A stretch of 64,000 nt of DNA, from the NCBI GenBank assembly GCA_965213675.1, contig OZ243916.1, forward strand, positions 288,001 through 352,000. The letters are read 5' to 3'. The DNA is from an uncultured Candidatus Binatia bacterium. Its GTDB lineage: Bacteria > Desulfobacterota > Binatia > UBA9968 > JAJDTQ01. Each line of letters begins with the position of its first letter. Positions within the stretch are counted from its first letter, which is position 1. A program made the position numbers and the translations under genes. A model generated the notes under the pieces. The model searched no databases. It was not told the DNA's origin and saw only the letters and a program-made list of their open reading frames with translations. This document shows positions 61,540-64,000 of this stretch, in pieces.

Positions 61540-62973
61540 TCAGCCTTGGGATGAAAGGCGGGCGTCGATGTAGCGGACTCCCGCGGCGAGCCGCGCCAGG
61601 GTCACGTCCCGCCCCAGCACGTCGATGACCTCGTAGATTCCCGGGCTCACGGTGGAGCCGGTGAGCGCCACCCGCACCGGCTGGGCCACCTTGCCCAGCT
61701 TGATTCCCCGCTCCGCAATGACGTCGCTGAATGCCTGCTCGATGCCCGCCTCGTTGAAGTCCGCCAGGTTGCCGAGCCGGACGGACAACTCCTGGAGCAG
61801 GTCCTTCGCCTCGGGCGCCAAGTGCTTGCGCCCCGCCTTGTCGTCGATGTCCACCGTTTCCGTGAGGAAGTAGTGTGCCATGTCCACCAGTTCCACGAGG
61901 GACTTGGCCCGTTCCCTCAAGGTGTCCACCATCTTCTCCAGCCACGCGCGGTCCCCAGGCGCCGCGTAGCCCTGGGTCGCGAGGTATGGCACCACGTCCT
62001 CGGCCAGTTGGCGAAGCGGTCGGCTCTTGAGGTAGTGGGCATTGAGCCACATGAGCTTCTCCGGATTGAACACCGCCGAGGACTTGCCCACGGCGTCGAT
62101 GTCGAACTTCTCCACCAGTTCTCCGGCGTCGAAGATCTCCTGGTCGCCGTGGGACCAGCCCAGTCGCACGAGATAGTTGTTCAGCGCCTCGGGGAAATAA
62201 CCCATGTCCCGGTACGCCATCACCGAGGTGGCGCCGTGCCGCTTGCTGAGCCGCTTCTTGTCCGTTCCGAGGATCAGCGGCACGTGGGCGAACACCGGCG
62301 GCTCCGAGCCCAGGGCCTGGTAAAGCTGCATCTGCCGCGGCGTGTTGGACAGGTGGTCGTCCCCGCGGATGACGTGGGTCATGCCCATGTCGATGTCGTC
62401 GCACACCACGCAGAAGTTGTACGTGGGGTTCCCGTCCGAGCGCGCGAGGATCAGGTCGTCCAACTCGGTGTTGTCGAACGCCACCCGCCCCTTGATCTTG
62501 TCGTCCACCACCGTGGCGCCGCTCGCCGGCGAGCGGAACCGGATGGTGAAGGGAATCCCCTGCGGTAACGGCGCCGCCTCACGCTCCGCCGGCCGGCACG
62601 TGCCGTCGTACATGGGCTTGCGCTTCTCGGCCAGCGCCGCCTGCCGCTTGGCGTCCAGCGTTTCCGGCGTGCATACGCAAGGGTAGGCGTCCCCCGCGCT
62701 CAAGAGCGCCTGAAGCCGGTCCTGGTACAGATCCATTCGCTCCGTTTGATGGAACGGCCCCTCGTCCCACTCCAGTTCCAGCCACTCCATGCTTCGCAGG
62801 ATCGCATCGATGGCCTCCGGCGTCGACCGCTGCCGGTCCGTGTCCTCGATGCGGAGAACGAACTTGCCGCCGCAGTGCCGCGCGTACAGGTAGTTGAACA
62901 GCGCCGTGCGTGCGCCGCCGATATGCAGGTAGCCGGTGGGGCTGGGAGCGAAACGGGTTCGGACTTCGGGCAT
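61540..62973 (-). CDS. gltX: Glutamate--tRNA ligase
   Basis: TRFAPSPTG, HIGG, RIEDTD, IRGDDH, RLSKR. Confidence 0.97.
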   Translation of the reverse strand: MPEVRTRFAPSPTGYLHIGGARTALFNYLYARHCGGKFVLRIEDTDRQRSTPEAIDAILRSMEWLELEWDEGPFHQTERMDLYQDRLQALLSAGDAYPCVCTPETLDAKRQAALAEKRKPMYDGTCRPAEREAAPLPQGIPFTIRFRSPASGATVVDDKIKGRVAFDNTELDDLILARSDGNPTYNFCVVCDDIDMGMTHVIRGDDHLSNTPRQMQLYQALGSEPPVFAHVPLILGTDKKRLSKRHGATSVMAYRDMGYFPEALNNYLVRLGWSHGDQEIFDAGELVEKFDIDAVGKSSAVFNPEKLMWLNAHYLKSRPLRQLAEDVVPYLATQGYAAPGDRAWLEKMVDTLRERAKSLVELVDMAHYFLTETVDIDDKAGRKHLAPEAKDLLQELSVRLGNLADFNEAGIEQAFSDVIAERGIKLGKVAQPVRVALTGSTVSPGIYEVIDVLGRDVTLARLAAGVRYIDARLSSQG

Positions 62974-63202
62974 GGGATTGTGGGTTCCGAATCGGTTGTG
63001 ACGTTGGAGTGTGCGGAGGGCCATGAAGGCGCGTCGCCAGGCCACGCCTGCCAAGCGCCATTTGTAGAAGGCGCCGGCCCGTGTTGTCAAATCGAGGCTG
63101 TCAAATCGAGGCTCGCAAGTGCGGGTGGGCTTGGTCGAACGGCGGAAGGCCGCTGGATCGAGGGGAGCCGCCAGTGAATCGAATCTCTGGGGCGGTGTCC
63201 GA

Positions 63203-63406
63203 CTAGCCGAGGAATCGTGTGATGGCGACGGCCACCGCGGCAATGCTGACGACGATGCCCAGTATGCGCCATTCCCGGTTTGCCGCCCTTTGTTCCGACT
63301 CGCGCATGTCCCGCACCAGCCGGGTTTCCAAAGCACTGATGCGCTCCACCACACGCGTTTCAAGCTGCGCCAAGTCTTCACCCGTGGCGCAGTGTGCCAT
63401 TTCCAT
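63203..63406 (-). CDS. Small coiled-coil protein with C-terminal membrane anchor (DUF1640/CCDC90-like)
   Basis: ATGEDLAQLETR...LETRL repeat plus hydrophobic tail. GGAGG RBS. Confidence 0.55.
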   Translation of the reverse strand: MEMAHCATGEDLAQLETRVVERISALETRLVRDMRESEQRAANREWRILGIVVSIAAVAVAITRFLG

Positions 63407-63522
63407 GAGCGATCCTCCCGGTGACATTCTGGACTGTATGATACCTTAATTGGAAGCCGATTCAAATGGTGGTGTTTTGGGAAGGCGCCCCTGCGGGTCG
63501 CACCGACGGGCCAGACGAAAAT

Positions 63523-63551
63523 TTGACCGAGTCGGCCCGGTGTGCCATAGT
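63523..63551 (+). promoter_or_regulatory. Putative sigma-70 promoter of tRNA-Ser
   Basis: TTGACC-N17-CATAGT. Confidence 0.5.
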
Positions 63552-63570
63552 TTCGTTTGTGAACTGCTTC

Positions 63571-63661
63571 GGAGAGATGGCCGAGCGGTCGAAGGCGCAC
63601 GCCTGCTAAGCGTGTGTACCCCAAAAGGGTACCGAGGGTTCGAATCCCTCTCTCTCCGCCA
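63571..63661 (+). tRNA. tRNA-Ser (GCU)
   Basis: GGAGAGATGGCCGAGCGG...CT-GCT-AA, long variable arm, GTTCGAATC, GCCA. Confidence 0.96.
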
Positions 63662-63684
63662 CGCAGTCGTCACGCGGCAACGGC

Positions 63685-63846
63685 TTCCCTGCCCCTGGAT
63701 TACTCTCAGACGGTCCACTTCCTTCATCACGTCCACTTCCTTCATTGTCAGCCCCTCTTCTGATCGCGCCAATCTCTTGCCTCACTTCTGGTCAAGCGGA
63801 CACTTCAGCTTTGCACAAAAGGGGACACTATCGCTGTGCGCGAACA
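63685..63846 (-). mobile_element. IS remnant (ISNCY/IS1202-like left end plus first transposase codons)
   Basis: Minus strand begins TGT with two internal AGTGTCC repeats, then LTMKEVDRLRVIQ-like transposase start. Confidence 0.55.
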
Positions 63847-63899
63847 AGGGCGTTGCGGTTCCTCGGCTCGTATGGTTAGTTATTTGTGCTTCCCTCCTT

Positions 63900-63976
63900 G
63901 CGCCCGTAGCTCAATTGGATAGAGCGCCAGACTACGGATCTGGAGGTTAGGGGTTCGACTCCCTTCGGGCGCGCCA
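63900..63976 (+). tRNA. tRNA-Arg (ACG)
   Basis: GCGCCCGTAGCTCAATTGGATAGAGC...CT-ACG-GA...GTTCGACTC...GCCA. Confidence 0.96.
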
Positions 63977-64000
63977 CATCCCTTTCTCAACACCGACCCA

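Noticed and set aside
61540-63624. 694-aa N-terminally extended GltX
   Set aside because: The extension overlaps tRNA-Ser and another small ORF. Homology starts at MPEVRTRFAPSPTG (62973).

Overview
High-GC bacterial chromosome window. Gene order and the abundance of amidohydrolase, UbiD and molybdo-enzyme genes suggest a deltaproteobacterial/Binatia-like organism (inference only). 1-24 kb is accessory metabolism: a DegP/DegQ protease with a sigma-54 promoter plus sensor kinase and NtrC-type regulator, a folM-folB/X-folK cluster, a UbiD decarboxylase, two amidohydrolases, two tandem biotin-less carboxyltransferases, and a hydrolase-fold/methyltransferase fusion. About 24.1-35.3 kb is a mosaic island running from a REP-derived 21-bp tandem array to the 3' end of tRNA-Sec. 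It holds the best candidate novel system: a minus-strand run of coiled-coil lipoprotein, YcjX-type GTPase, YcjF-type membrane protein with an amplified N-terminal motif, and an exported PD-(D/E)XK-motif membrane protein, followed by a truncated lipoprotein paralogue. The island also carries a HEPN/MNT toxin-antitoxin pair, IS3 and ampG remnants, and an orphan antitoxin. 35-64 kb holds BisC-like and CoxMSL-like molybdo-enzymes, then core genes (udg, nfeD, SPFH, queA-tgt-yajC-secDF-recJ, rplU-rpmA-obgE-proBA-nadD-rsfS, gltX and four more tRNAs), interrupted by a PLD-helicase-DUF3427 putative defence gene. A 165-bp CTAG-bounded MITE-like element occurs as two full copies and three remnants. All calls come from reading motifs by eye; no database searches were run.
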